Assembly (NCBI GenBank): GCA_001778595.1
Contig: MFHL01000005.1
Coordinates: 1-38,078 of the forward strand
Length of the DNA: 38,078 nucleotides
From: Candidatus Giovannonibacteria bacterium RIFCSPHIGHO2_02_FULL_44_11
Lineage (GTDB): Bacteria; Patescibacteriota; Minisyncoccia; UBA11713; 2-01-FULL-45-33
Reading direction: 5' to 3'
Part shown: positions 7,875-16,310 of the stretch, piece by piece
Layout: the number at the start of each line of letters is the position of its first letter
Position numbering within the stretch: position 1 is the first letter of the stretch
Translations under genes and position numbers: made by a program
Notes under the pieces: model-generated
What the model was told of the DNA's origin: nothing
Databases searched by the model: none
What the model saw: only the letters and a program-made list of their open reading frames with translations

Positions 7875-7910
7875 ACAAGCGTTTCAACACGACCGTATTC
7901 AGATACTTGT
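7875..7910. repeat. 36-bp imperfect palindrome, copy 2 (upstream of the PaaX-like gene)
   Basis: acaagcgtttcaacacgaccgtattcagatacttgt. It has the same acgaccgt core and caag/cttg ends as 7206-7241 (about 24/36 identical). Confidence 0.7.
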
Positions 7911-7928
7911 TTGTTAAATAAAAAATTG

Positions 7929-7972
7929 AAAAATTAAAAGCCCTCTCGCGAGAGCCCCTGCATTTTGAATAA
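7929..7972 (+). repeat. recG 3'-terminal sequence, copy 4 (divergent)
   Basis: aaaaattaaaagccctctcgcgagagcccctgcattttgaataa, which reads LKALSREPLHFE*. Its central hairpin ctctcg/cgagag replaces the gctcc/ggagc hairpin of copies 1-2. Confidence 0.8.
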
Positions 7973-7974
7973 GA

Positions 7975-9528
7975 TTATTTCCTATGCTTCGGAGTAATCC
8001 AAAAGCCCATATATTTTCCGAGCATCAGGCGCGTCTGGGCTTCAAGGGCGGGAATTGAACCGAAAATGGTTATTGTGAACGGAACTAAAAGCCACTGAAG
8101 CGCCATGTATGTATGGCGTCTTTTTCCGTAGTGCGCGGGACGCGGAGGAAGAAGCTTCATGGAAATTATCGCCGAAGTAATAAGCCCTATCATGGAAAAA
8201 GTCATGATTACGCGGGTAATGTTGGGCAAATTGTAGGCGAGCACCAAATTATTAAATTCCCTCCCCCCCAAAAGCACGGGGAGCCAGCCCAGCGCGAATA
8301 TCATTATCGCGTTAGTGGACCAGGACCAATAGCCCTCTATCATATTGAACGTATAGTATAGTTTTGTTCTAAGCGGTATTTTTTTTCCGCCAAAGGCGGA
8401 TCCGCCTTGGGCGGAATTTTTTATAAACCCGAAAACTACATACGGAAAATTTTCCACACCCCACGCCCAGCGCCTTTGCTGTTTGTAAACGTTTTTTACC
8501 GTTCCCCAAAATGTCGGAGCGAGGTTTGCATCCATTGAAACCGGAAAAGACAGCGGCAATGATTCATAATCGCCGTCATAATACAGAAGGGCATTCCAAA
8601 AAATACGAGAGTCTTCAGACACCATATTTGTCTGCCAAAAATCAAGACCTACCAAAGTTTTAAAACTCATTGAATGAGAAGAAAAAGTCGTAAGGCGCTC
8701 CGGGCGCTCCTGCTGCATCATCTGCCAAAAAGTGCCGGACGTGGCGACCACGCGCGAGAGCGCGGGAGCATCCCAGATATTGTTGTTAAAAATAGGCACC
8801 GGCTGGTAAGAGGAGCGGACAGGGTCTTTGGCGGTAAGAAAATGCCAGGTCAATATCTCAAAATATTGCTTCGGTATCTGCGTATCTATATCAAAAGAAG
8901 AAACAATAATGTCTTCATAGGGAATTTTCATCGTGTCTATAAAAATTTTTTTTGCCTCGCGCGCCGCCCATGATTCGTTGCTGCCTTTTCCGGGGATCTC
9001 GCCCTTAATATCTTTTGGATGCATTGTAACAAAAAAATACGGGAATTTTTCCGCCATCCGGCTGAGCGCGCGCGCCACCGTTTCTCCGTGCGGACGGTAC
9101 CTTTCTTCATATGTGAGCACGACTATCATTTTTTCTTTAGGCCACGCGCTTTTGGCTATCGCTTCCAATGAATGTTCAACCACTATCTCTGACTCCTGTG
9201 ACATCGGCAAGATAACGACCTGCCACAAATGCCCCCAATTGAGCCGTGAAAGCCTCTCGGACCAGTCGGTACGCAAATGTTCCTGCATCCGTTTCCAATT
9301 TGCGCGCAGATGAAAAGACAAAAAAACTGTTTTTACCAGCCAATAAATATCAAATATTATTATAAAAAAAGCCGCGCCGACCGGATAAAAATAAGAGCCC
9401 AGTATCATTCCTCCGAGCGTAAGCCACGCCAGAAAACCCGGAAAAATTTCCAGCATCCGGTAGATTAGCTTATCTTTGCCGCTGAGATCGGGAGAGAACC
9501 CGATTTTCAGGTAATTTTTTTTATCCAT
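7975..9528 (-). CDS. Membrane-bound family-2 glycosyltransferase (processive, cellulose-synthase-like topology)
   Basis: N- and C-terminal TM bundles around a GT-A domain. Acidic motifs (FDID) and the QQRRWAWG (QxxRW) signature. Confidence 0.8.
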   Translation of the reverse strand: MDKKNYLKIGFSPDLSGKDKLIYRMLEIFPGFLAWLTLGGMILGSYFYPVGAAFFIIIFDIYWLVKTVFLSFHLRANWKRMQEHLRTDWSERLSRLNWGHLWQVVILPMSQESEIVVEHSLEAIAKSAWPKEKMIVVLTYEERYRPHGETVARALSRMAEKFPYFFVTMHPKDIKGEIPGKGSNESWAAREAKKIFIDTMKIPYEDIIVSSFDIDTQIPKQYFEILTWHFLTAKDPVRSSYQPVPIFNNNIWDAPALSRVVATSGTFWQMMQQERPERLTTFSSHSMSFKTLVGLDFWQTNMVSEDSRIFWNALLYYDGDYESLPLSFPVSMDANLAPTFWGTVKNVYKQQRRWAWGVENFPYVVFGFIKNSAQGGSAFGGKKIPLRTKLYYTFNMIEGYWSWSTNAIMIFALGWLPVLLGGREFNNLVLAYNLPNITRVIMTFSMIGLITSAIISMKLLPPRPAHYGKRRHTYMALQWLLVPFTITIFGSIPALEAQTRLMLGKYMGFWITPKHRK

Positions 9529-9583
9529 TCAACACTGATATTAGAACATTTTTTTATAAAAAACAAAACCCCGCACTGCGAGG

Positions 9584-10111
9584 TCAATTTATAATAACTA
9601 GAGGCAATTCAATATCTCCGTTTTTAATTCCTTCCGGCAGCCCGATAGGTTCGCGGAACAATACTTTATCCTCACGAACAACTTCCAGGATAGAAATCTC
9701 CGACAATTTCAGTTTTGTGCGGACCATTGCATCACATTTAAACCGGTATTCCATCAGCTCTATCATAGACGCGGGGTCGTGGCGGTCTGTCGTATAGGTC
9801 ATGTCAATGCGGTCATGGCCCGACCTTATTATACCGTTCCATCCGGCGGCACTTTCAGACTGTTCGCGCCTGATAAATTTTTCCAAATGAGGATAAAGCA
9901 AGTCAAGATGGAATTCCAAACCCTGGACCACGATATTTGGCCACGCCTTGTGGCCTTCAAAAGGCGACGTTAAAGTTACGTTGCTTCCGGGGAATATTCC
10001 ATATAGTGTTATGCGCTGTACATCCGTATTCCCGAAAAATTTCCGGATAGTCTCTCCTCTGCTTTTTTGCCATTTTTCAAGCAGTTTATTAAGATCTTCT
10101 TTGGAATACAT
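9584..10111 (-). CDS. Hypothetical protein (175 aa)
   Basis: ATG ORF, soluble, no motif recognised. Confidence 0.5.
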   Translation of the reverse strand: MYSKEDLNKLLEKWQKSRGETIRKFFGNTDVQRITLYGIFPGSNVTLTSPFEGHKAWPNIVVQGLEFHLDLLYPHLEKFIRREQSESAAGWNGIIRSGHDRIDMTYTTDRHDPASMIELMEYRFKCDAMVRTKLKLSEISILEVVREDKVLFREPIGLPEGIKNGDIELPLVIIN

Positions 10112-10185
10112 AAAAACCCATCCTTGAAATTCTAAAGCCAGAATATCAGAAACATGCTAAAATAGCAAAAGATACGGTTGTTTTT

Positions 10186-10707
10186 ATGGCTACAACACCC
10201 GGCGAGAGCGTATATGTTATTTTGATAGACATACTCAGAAATAATACTTTAGCAGGAACGATACAAATTCCTCCGAACAGATCACTTTGTACGATTGCTG
10301 AAATTTTGAATTTCTTTAATGTAACACTGGACTACAATGTTAAAATTTGGATAAAACGCGAAAAACAGAACACCTGCAGAGACCAAAATTACGACCGCTA
10401 CGCCTCACTCCCTTGGGAACATTTTAACAATTGTGTGATAGCGCTTGCGTATTACCGCCCGAATCCGGAAGTATTCGAAAATTACATCCAAAGTCTGCGC
10501 GAGAAAAAATTTGCCGACGCACTAAAAGAGCAGGAGAAGATATGGGAAGAAAAAAAACGGAAAAAAGAAGAGCGCGCCGGCAAAGCGCCGATATATGTCG
10601 CGTTAAAGAATAAAGCTATTCAAGCTTTAAAAAAAAGGAAGATCAAAGCACGCATTGAAGCCGAGCTGGCGGAAAAAGAAAAAACGGAAAACAAAGAGAA
10701 AAAATAA
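10186..10707 (+). CDS. Hypothetical protein with a Lys/Glu-rich C-terminal tail (173 aa)
   Basis: ATG ORF followed directly by a terminator. The C-terminal ~70 aa are highly charged and low in complexity. Confidence 0.5.
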   Translation: MATTPGESVYVILIDILRNNTLAGTIQIPPNRSLCTIAEILNFFNVTLDYNVKIWIKREKQNTCRDQNYDRYASLPWEHFNNCVIALAYYRPNPEVFENYIQSLREKKFADALKEQEKIWEEKKRKKEERAGKAPIYVALKNKAIQALKKRKIKARIEAELAEKEKTENKEKK

Positions 10708-10759
10708 ACCCCGCATTCGCCTCCGTCAGTTGACGGATGGCAAAGCGGGGTTATTTTTT
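10707..10759. terminator. Bidirectional rho-independent terminator
   Basis: aaccccgc ... gcggggtt stem enclosing an inner hairpin ccgtcagttgacgg, then atttttt. It lies between convergent stops at 10707 and 10763. Confidence 0.7.
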
Positions 10760-10762
10760 AAA

Positions 10763-12226
10763 CTAAATACCTGAGATTTCCAATTTATTGCTATCACCTA
10801 CGGAACAAAGCGTAGCCTTTCCATTGACAATGGTCTCCAGGCAAACGCCCCTGCCCCAAAGCTGTTTTATGTAGCCGAGTGTTTTTTCGGCGTATTCCAG
10901 CTGAAGATCACGACCGTCGTGGCTGTGCTTCAAAAACAAGATTCTGTTATTATTGTAATTTGCGTCTTCCACTTTGATTACCGGGGTTTGGCCCATGCCG
11001 ACATTTTGTACCAGGGTTTTTTTGACTTTGCGCCAGCCGTCTTCCGAAGCAACTTCGCTTACAACCATATCGTTGCCTCTGTGCTGATACTCAAAAAGAT
11101 TGAATTCTCTGACAAGTTCTTCGGTCAAAAAATTGTCCAGAAAGGACGAATCTCTTGCCCATTCCCTGACTTCAAAAATCTTCTGAAGCCCGGTTTTCTT
11201 TTTTAGGTCACCGGCACCTCCGTTGCGCTCGTACATTTCCTCGTGCTTTTCGCAAATCTTGCCGATGTAAGCCTCGTCATACCGGTGCACAATGTCGTGC
11301 CATGTGCCAAACCCCACAAAATAAGGATTCAGCCCGCCGGGCGTCGGACAAAGGACTTGAGTATGCCGGACAAGAAATTCCATATGTATGTCTTGCGGCA
11401 AATTTAACGTATTGAGAATTGTCTTGTGCCAGAAACTGGCCCAGCCTTCGTTCATGATTTTCGTGTCAATTTGCGGAATAAAATACTGGGCCTGCTCGTG
11501 CACTATCGTAAAACAATCCCGTTCCCAATCCTGCAAATCACGGTTATAGTCACGGATAAAAATCAAAAGATTTTCGGTCGGTACCAAAGGAACCCTGGTC
11601 AGATCCGGAGCAATATACTCCTGTCTTCTATGGGCATTCTGAAAACTGTCTTCTCTGGGCAAAGCATTGTCCAATGCCCTCTGCTCCTGTTCTTTTCGCG
11701 ACATCTCTTTTATTGCGAGGTTCCGCCTGCATTGCAAGGAAACGGCGTGAGCCGCGTCCAGTACCGCTTCAACCTTATCAAGACCGATGCTGGAGTCCGC
11801 GATATAACTTCGGATACGGTTCGCATGGCTTTTGAACCTTTCGATGGTCATATTTGCATGGGTAGTTGCTAATGTATCATTATTCCTGAAAAAATCATTG
11901 TGCGCGTACACATGGGCCATCGTAAGAATCTGCAAAGCCAGACTATTTTCACGCATGAGATATGCCAAACACGGGTCTGAGTTAATTACCATCTCGTAAG
12001 GCAGACCGCTCAAACCGTAGTCGTAAAGGGTCTTGAGCTTCTCAAATCCCTTGCCGTATGACCAATGAGGATAATGCGAAGGCATGCCGGAGTAGGTCAT
12101 ATAAGAGAGCATTTCTTCGGAATCGCAGATTTCAAACTCCTGCTTAAACGTTTTGAGTCCGTAATTTCTTGCAAGCCGTTCAATCGGCACGTTCCATTTT
12201 TTGATTTCTTCCAAATTTACGTCCAT
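10763..12226 (-). CDS. spoVR: SpoVR/YcgB family protein
   Basis: Typical N-terminus and length (487 aa), with conserved blocks (AHVYAHNDFF, MNEGWASFWH). SD aaggag 5 nt upstream. Third gene of the prkA operon. Confidence 0.88.
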   Translation of the reverse strand: MDVNLEEIKKWNVPIERLARNYGLKTFKQEFEICDSEEMLSYMTYSGMPSHYPHWSYGKGFEKLKTLYDYGLSGLPYEMVINSDPCLAYLMRENSLALQILTMAHVYAHNDFFRNNDTLATTHANMTIERFKSHANRIRSYIADSSIGLDKVEAVLDAAHAVSLQCRRNLAIKEMSRKEQEQRALDNALPREDSFQNAHRRQEYIAPDLTRVPLVPTENLLIFIRDYNRDLQDWERDCFTIVHEQAQYFIPQIDTKIMNEGWASFWHKTILNTLNLPQDIHMEFLVRHTQVLCPTPGGLNPYFVGFGTWHDIVHRYDEAYIGKICEKHEEMYERNGGAGDLKKKTGLQKIFEVREWARDSSFLDNFLTEELVREFNLFEYQHRGNDMVVSEVASEDGWRKVKKTLVQNVGMGQTPVIKVEDANYNNNRILFLKHSHDGRDLQLEYAEKTLGYIKQLWGRGVCLETIVNGKATLCSVGDSNKLEISGI

Positions 12227-12230
12227 AGTG

Positions 12231-13541
12231 TTACTCCTTTATCTTGTCTTTCTCAAGAAAACTTTTGAAAGCCGACCAGACATCCTCTTTTCTCTGTATC
12301 TGGATCGTCTGAAAATTTGGTCTGTCCACCTGAGATAAATATTGGATCATGCTTCCGCCGTAATATCCCGCACCCAGGGGTTTGATCTCTCCGTAACCGA
12401 AAAGGTTGGAAGCGTCGGCAAGTTCCTGCGCTGCTTTTAGCGCGGCAGGATTGTCGGATTCAAAATTGTCCCCGTCCGAACAATGGAACGCATAAACATT
12501 CCAAAGGGAAAGCGGGAATTTCTCGCGAATTACTTCCAGCGCCTTATTGTATCCGGAAGAAATAAATGTTCCGCCGGACTCGCCCTTGTGAAAAAATTCC
12601 TCTTCCGTGACAACGCGCGCTTCGGTGTGATGCGCGATAAACACGATTCTCACATTCTCGTAGCGCGTGCACAAAAAACGGTAAAGAAGAAAGAAAAAAC
12701 TGCGCGCAAGATACTTTTTCATCGTGTCCATTGAACCCGACGTATCCATGATACAGAGCACCACGGCATTGGAGTCCTTGCGGACTTCCAAAACGGTGCG
12801 CCCAAAGCGCTTATTCCGGTTCCTCATCGGAATCCAATTTTTGCGCCTTTCTATCGCGCTTCCTTTACTGCTAAGCTTTGCCCTCAGCAAATCCTGCTCC
12901 GTCTGCCACGCACGCAAATTGTCCTCAAGCACCTTGGCCTCTGCTGTTCTGCCTGCGGCTTGAAGTTTTTTGATTTCTTCTTTTACCGCATCCGTTGATC
13001 TGGCGTTTCCCTGCATATCTTTAATGTGCTCTATCTGCGTTCTCTTTCTGTTCAAACGCGCCTGAATACCTTTTTTCTTGAACCCTTTTTGTTTGAATTT
13101 TTTTTCAACTTCCATCTCGCGGAATTTTTTTCTTTCCATGAACGGAAGCTCCAGATCCTCAAACATGATCTCAATCAGCTCATCAAGGTTTATTTCGGTC
13201 TCATAGTAATCAACTCCGGGCTGGTCGCCGGCTTGCTGTCCCTGTGCTCCCTTTTTGCCTTGTCCGATGGTCTGTCCCGGCTGAACATCTCCATCCCCGC
13301 CCTGACCTACGCCGGGAGCGTTTTCCCCATAAACAAAACGGTATTCTTTTACTCCGCGGATAGGAACTTTGATAACGCGTCCTTTGTCTTTGCCGATGAT
13401 AGACTCTTCGGCAATAATATTGCCGATATCCCCTCGGATAGCATCACGCACTTTTTGCCTGTGCCTCAGCCTGTCGCCGGCGGTTCTGTCGCTATGCCTC
13501 GCCCCGCCGGTTCCTTCTTTCGGATCATTGAAAATTGCCAT
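12231..13541 (-). CDS. yeaH: YeaH/YhbH family protein (DUF444, vWA-like)
   Basis: N-terminal R/D-rich DUF444 pattern, Gly/Gln-rich linker, C-terminal vWA-like block (CIMDTSGSM). The start was set to ATG 13541 (the track's TTG is one codon upstream), preceded by aaggag. Confidence 0.88.
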   Translation of the reverse strand: MAIFNDPKEGTGGARHSDRTAGDRLRHRQKVRDAIRGDIGNIIAEESIIGKDKGRVIKVPIRGVKEYRFVYGENAPGVGQGGDGDVQPGQTIGQGKKGAQGQQAGDQPGVDYYETEINLDELIEIMFEDLELPFMERKKFREMEVEKKFKQKGFKKKGIQARLNRKRTQIEHIKDMQGNARSTDAVKEEIKKLQAAGRTAEAKVLEDNLRAWQTEQDLLRAKLSSKGSAIERRKNWIPMRNRNKRFGRTVLEVRKDSNAVVLCIMDTSGSMDTMKKYLARSFFFLLYRFLCTRYENVRIVFIAHHTEARVVTEEEFFHKGESGGTFISSGYNKALEVIREKFPLSLWNVYAFHCSDGDNFESDNPAALKAAQELADASNLFGYGEIKPLGAGYYGGSMIQYLSQVDRPNFQTIQIQRKEDVWSAFKSFLEKDKIKE

Positions 13542-13632
13542 CAAAATCTCCTTTTTTCAAATATCTTCCTGACTCAAGTCGTAACATAAAAAAATCCCCG
13601 AGGCAAGCCCGGGGCAACATCGATAATAACTA

Positions 13633-15609
13633 TTAGTCTTTCCAGAGGTTGTTTGCGGCGTACTTGAGAATCACGTCCACACAGCTCTCGCAATACTCGC
13701 ATTTATCCAACAGCTGCTGGACCATCATATCATATTTTTCTCCCTGTTCCTTGTCGCGTAAGCGCGACTTGGTAATCACCCGGCTCAAATCGCGTACCGA
13801 AGCGATGAGCTTTTTCTCAATCGCCTCCTTGAGCGGTTCGTAGCTACGGAAGTCAATCTTCTCACCCCGGCGGTTTGCCGCCCAGAGATAAGCAATCACC
13901 TCCTGACGGAACCCGTCGGCAGCCGAGCCGATGATGGCGATTTGCTCCTCGATAGATTTCATTAACTCTTCGTCGGGCGCCAATTCTTCTTTGGTGTTGT
14001 GGTCCTTCACCTTGCTCTTGTTGACATAGGCTTCTGCGTGATCAAGATAATTCTGGAAAAGCGACTCGGCCTGCTCTTGGTAAGAGTGGACGAAAGCCCT
14101 TGTTACTTCCTTGTCCAGAATAGCGAGGTACTCCTTGTGCAGCGTATCCTGCAGAAATTCCAATCTTTGCTTTTTGACATCCTCACTGGCCTTATCATCT
14201 TCCTTAACCATGTTGATCAGCGCTTCCCGCACATTAATCGGATTCACGCATTTCCCGCTTGCGTTGTCGGAAAGGGCGTTGTCCAGCGCTTTCATAATGA
14301 AACGCGTTGAGATACCGTCCATGCCCTCACGCTTTGCGGCCTCGCGCAATTCCTGAATGTCAACTTTTTTCGTGCGTCCCTTTTCAATGACTTCATCGCC
14401 GTTGTAGAGTTTCAGTTTGGTCATGAGGTCGCACTTATTGGTCGGCTCAAGACGCGACAGAATCGCGAACATTGAAGCGATTTCCAGCGTATGCGGCGCC
14501 ACGTGTGCGCGGAAGTCCGTCTCGCGGATGATTTTTTGATAAATCTTGATCTCTTCGGAGAGACGCAGATTGTAAGGCACTCTCACCACCACGATGCGGT
14601 CCAAGATCGCCTCGTTGGTATGGTCGCCTTTGAATTTCTGCCACTCGGCTTCGTTGGAATGGGCTACGATTACCGTGTCAACATAAACCAATCCGTGCCG
14701 GCCCGGCGCAGGAACGACTTTTTCCTGTGTCGCCGTAATCATCGCGTGCAGGTATTCGATCTCGTTCTTAAAAACCTCGATGAATTCCACAACTCCGCGG
14801 TTTCCGATATTGAGCGCGCCGTTGAGCTCCAAAACTCTCGGATCGCCTTCGGAATAAAGATCCAGCTTGGAAATATCCTCAGAACCAATCAGTACGGAAG
14901 TGTCCTGATTGTTTGGATCCACGGGCGGAACGACGCCGATGCCGACTCGCGCACGTTTGGAAAATTCGTATGTCCGCACGGGCATATTTTCCCATTTCCC
15001 GCCGAAATCTTCTTTCAGTCTGTAGCGGCATACGGGGCAGATATCCCATTCCTGCTTAAAAAACTTTGCCGGAAGTCCGAGCATCGTGAATATTTCTTCC
15101 CGCAAATGCTTGGGAACCAGAAGCAGCGGCTCATTGAACATTGGACAGCCGTCCATCGCATAGAACGGCTCGCTGGATTCCAAGCCTCTGTGTAAATGCT
15201 CGGCAAGCGAGCTTTTTCCGGAACCGACCGGCCCCATCAGGTACAACACCTGCCTGGATTCTTCGCCTCTTTGGGCAGCCGAGTAAAAATACCGCGCAAT
15301 CTGCGCGACTGTCTTCTCGATGCCGAAAAAATCATTGGAAAAAAAATCATAAACCTTTAACGGCTCGCCCTTAAAAAGTCTTTTGATCCTGTTATCCTCG
15401 ATTTCCGTAATTGGTTTCTCGCCGGCTCTTACAATGATGTCGTTTAGGCGGGCGTGGGCCAATTTAGCAACCAATGGGTCTGCCTTAACCTTTTCCATAT
15501 ACTGCAGTACGGTTCCGCTCCAGGAACGATCCAGCTTGTCTTTCCGGTCTGATTGAATCTTGCCTTGAACAAATTCTTGAAATTCGCTTCTCTCTGTTTC
15601 TTCTCCCAT
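13633..15609 (-). CDS. prkA: PrkA-family serine protein kinase / AAA+ protein
   Basis: Walker A LMGPVGSGKSS. 658 aa with the PrkA layout. SD aaggagg upstream. Followed by yeaH and spoVR. Confidence 0.92.
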   Translation of the reverse strand: MGEETERSEFQEFVQGKIQSDRKDKLDRSWSGTVLQYMEKVKADPLVAKLAHARLNDIIVRAGEKPITEIEDNRIKRLFKGEPLKVYDFFSNDFFGIEKTVAQIARYFYSAAQRGEESRQVLYLMGPVGSGKSSLAEHLHRGLESSEPFYAMDGCPMFNEPLLLVPKHLREEIFTMLGLPAKFFKQEWDICPVCRYRLKEDFGGKWENMPVRTYEFSKRARVGIGVVPPVDPNNQDTSVLIGSEDISKLDLYSEGDPRVLELNGALNIGNRGVVEFIEVFKNEIEYLHAMITATQEKVVPAPGRHGLVYVDTVIVAHSNEAEWQKFKGDHTNEAILDRIVVVRVPYNLRLSEEIKIYQKIIRETDFRAHVAPHTLEIASMFAILSRLEPTNKCDLMTKLKLYNGDEVIEKGRTKKVDIQELREAAKREGMDGISTRFIMKALDNALSDNASGKCVNPINVREALINMVKEDDKASEDVKKQRLEFLQDTLHKEYLAILDKEVTRAFVHSYQEQAESLFQNYLDHAEAYVNKSKVKDHNTKEELAPDEELMKSIEEQIAIIGSAADGFRQEVIAYLWAANRRGEKIDFRSYEPLKEAIEKKLIASVRDLSRVITKSRLRDKEQGEKYDMMVQQLLDKCEYCESCVDVILKYAANNLWKD

Positions 15610-15679
15610 AACCTTCCTCCTTATGTCAAATAGCTGACGATATTAAAACCTACGTTAGGTGTAGCAAACGCCAAAAAAC

Positions 15680-15709
15680 TTGTCAATGGGTCCAAAAAAG
15701 TGGTATAAA
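15680..15709 (+). promoter_or_regulatory. Sigma70-like promoter for tRNA-Ile
   Basis: ttgtca (15680-15685), an 18-nt spacer ending in tgg (extended -10), then tataaa (15704-15709). The tRNA 5' end lies 10 nt downstream. Confidence 0.5.
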
Positions 15710-15718
15710 TGAAAAAGC

Positions 15719-15790
15719 GCGAGCGTAGCTCAACGGCAGAGCATCGAGCTTATACCTCGAGGGTTGAGGGTTCGAATCCTTCCGCTCGCA
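15719..15790 (+). tRNA. tRNA-Ile (anticodon UAU), no encoded CCA
   Basis: Cloverleaf: acceptor gcgagcg/cgctcgc, D-stem gctc/gagc, anticodon stem tcgag/ctcga with loop ctTATac, T-arm gaggg/ttcgaat/ccttc, discriminator A. Confidence 0.85.
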
Positions 15791-15886
15791 CAAAAATTTC
15801 AGCTTACTCATCCATGATATTTGTTTGACAAATTTCAAGCAATTTGTTATCATGTAAAAAGTTACGAATTTACTAGGAGGTGTTAT

Positions 15887-16291
15887 ATGCGGAGTATTTT
15901 GATAGCGTTAGCAATTTTCGTTTCCACCGCAGTGTGTGCGGCAGAAATTGCGGAATATCCGGAAAGCAGGATAACAGACTTAACCTTTGGATCATGGGCC
16001 GGATCGGTATACCTTGAACACCCGGGCCGCAAAGAAACCCTTTTCAAATGCAACGGCCGGCTAACGAGCATTAAACTGGCCAAAAATGAATATGCGGTTA
16101 TACTTTGTCCGCCGCCGGAGGAGAAACCAGACAAATTGACGGTTCAAATCTATAAACAAAACGAGATTACCAGTGCGATTGTAATTTATAATTACATGAG
16201 CCAATTAGACCGCCTACATAGCCAATTTTTTTTCGCCGAAAAAATCTCTAACAAAATTTTAAAACGCTTTAGCAATACTCGAGAACCATAA
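15887..16291 (+). CDS. Secreted hypothetical protein (signal peptide)
   Basis: ATG 15887 is preceded by aggagg at optimal spacing. The track's TTG 15821 start was rejected. N-terminal MRSILIALAIFVSTAVCAA is a signal peptide. Confidence 0.65.
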   Translation: MRSILIALAIFVSTAVCAAEIAEYPESRITDLTFGSWAGSVYLEHPGRKETLFKCNGRLTSIKLAKNEYAVILCPPPEEKPDKLTVQIYKQNEITSAIVIYNYMSQLDRLHSQFFFAEKISNKILKRFSNTREP

Positions 16292-16310
16292 AACTATGGT
16301 TCTTTTTTTT
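16283..16310. terminator. Bidirectional rho-independent terminator
   Basis: gaaccata/tatggttc stem followed by an 8-T run. It overlaps the stops of both convergent genes. Confidence 0.7.

Larger units (their letters stand above)
6187..7972. mobile_element. Putative array of small integrated cassettes downstream of recG, each delimited by recG-tail-like repeats
   Basis: Repeat copies at 6143-6186, 6567-6609, 7166-7190 (partial) and 7929-7972. One minus-strand ORF lies in each interval. No integrase is seen. Confidence 0.4.

Noticed and set aside
6143-7972. Reading the recG-tail repeats as ordinary reused transcription terminators
   Set aside because: The hairpins are separated from the T-tract by 7 nt (ccctgca), which is poor terminator geometry. 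The copies also preserve the recG reading frame, including synonymous-only changes and the stop codon. A terminator function would not require that. This reading was kept only as the stated refutation scenario.
13026-13589. 187-aa plus-strand ORF antisense to yeaH
   Set aside because: It is fully contained in the DUF444 gene, and its translation is Phe/Leu-rich antisense noise.
14491-15195. 234-aa plus-strand ORF inside prkA (with smaller ones at 13649-13843, 13999-14356 and 15141-15374)
   Set aside because: It is entirely antisense to a strongly supported PrkA coding sequence. It has low-complexity Arg/His-rich composition, no SD sequence and no motif.
15821-15886. TTG-initiated extension of the 15887-16291 ORF
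   Set aside because: ATG 15887 has a perfect aggagg SD sequence and starts a signal peptide. The extension begins only 31 nt after the tRNA-Ile end and has no SD sequence.
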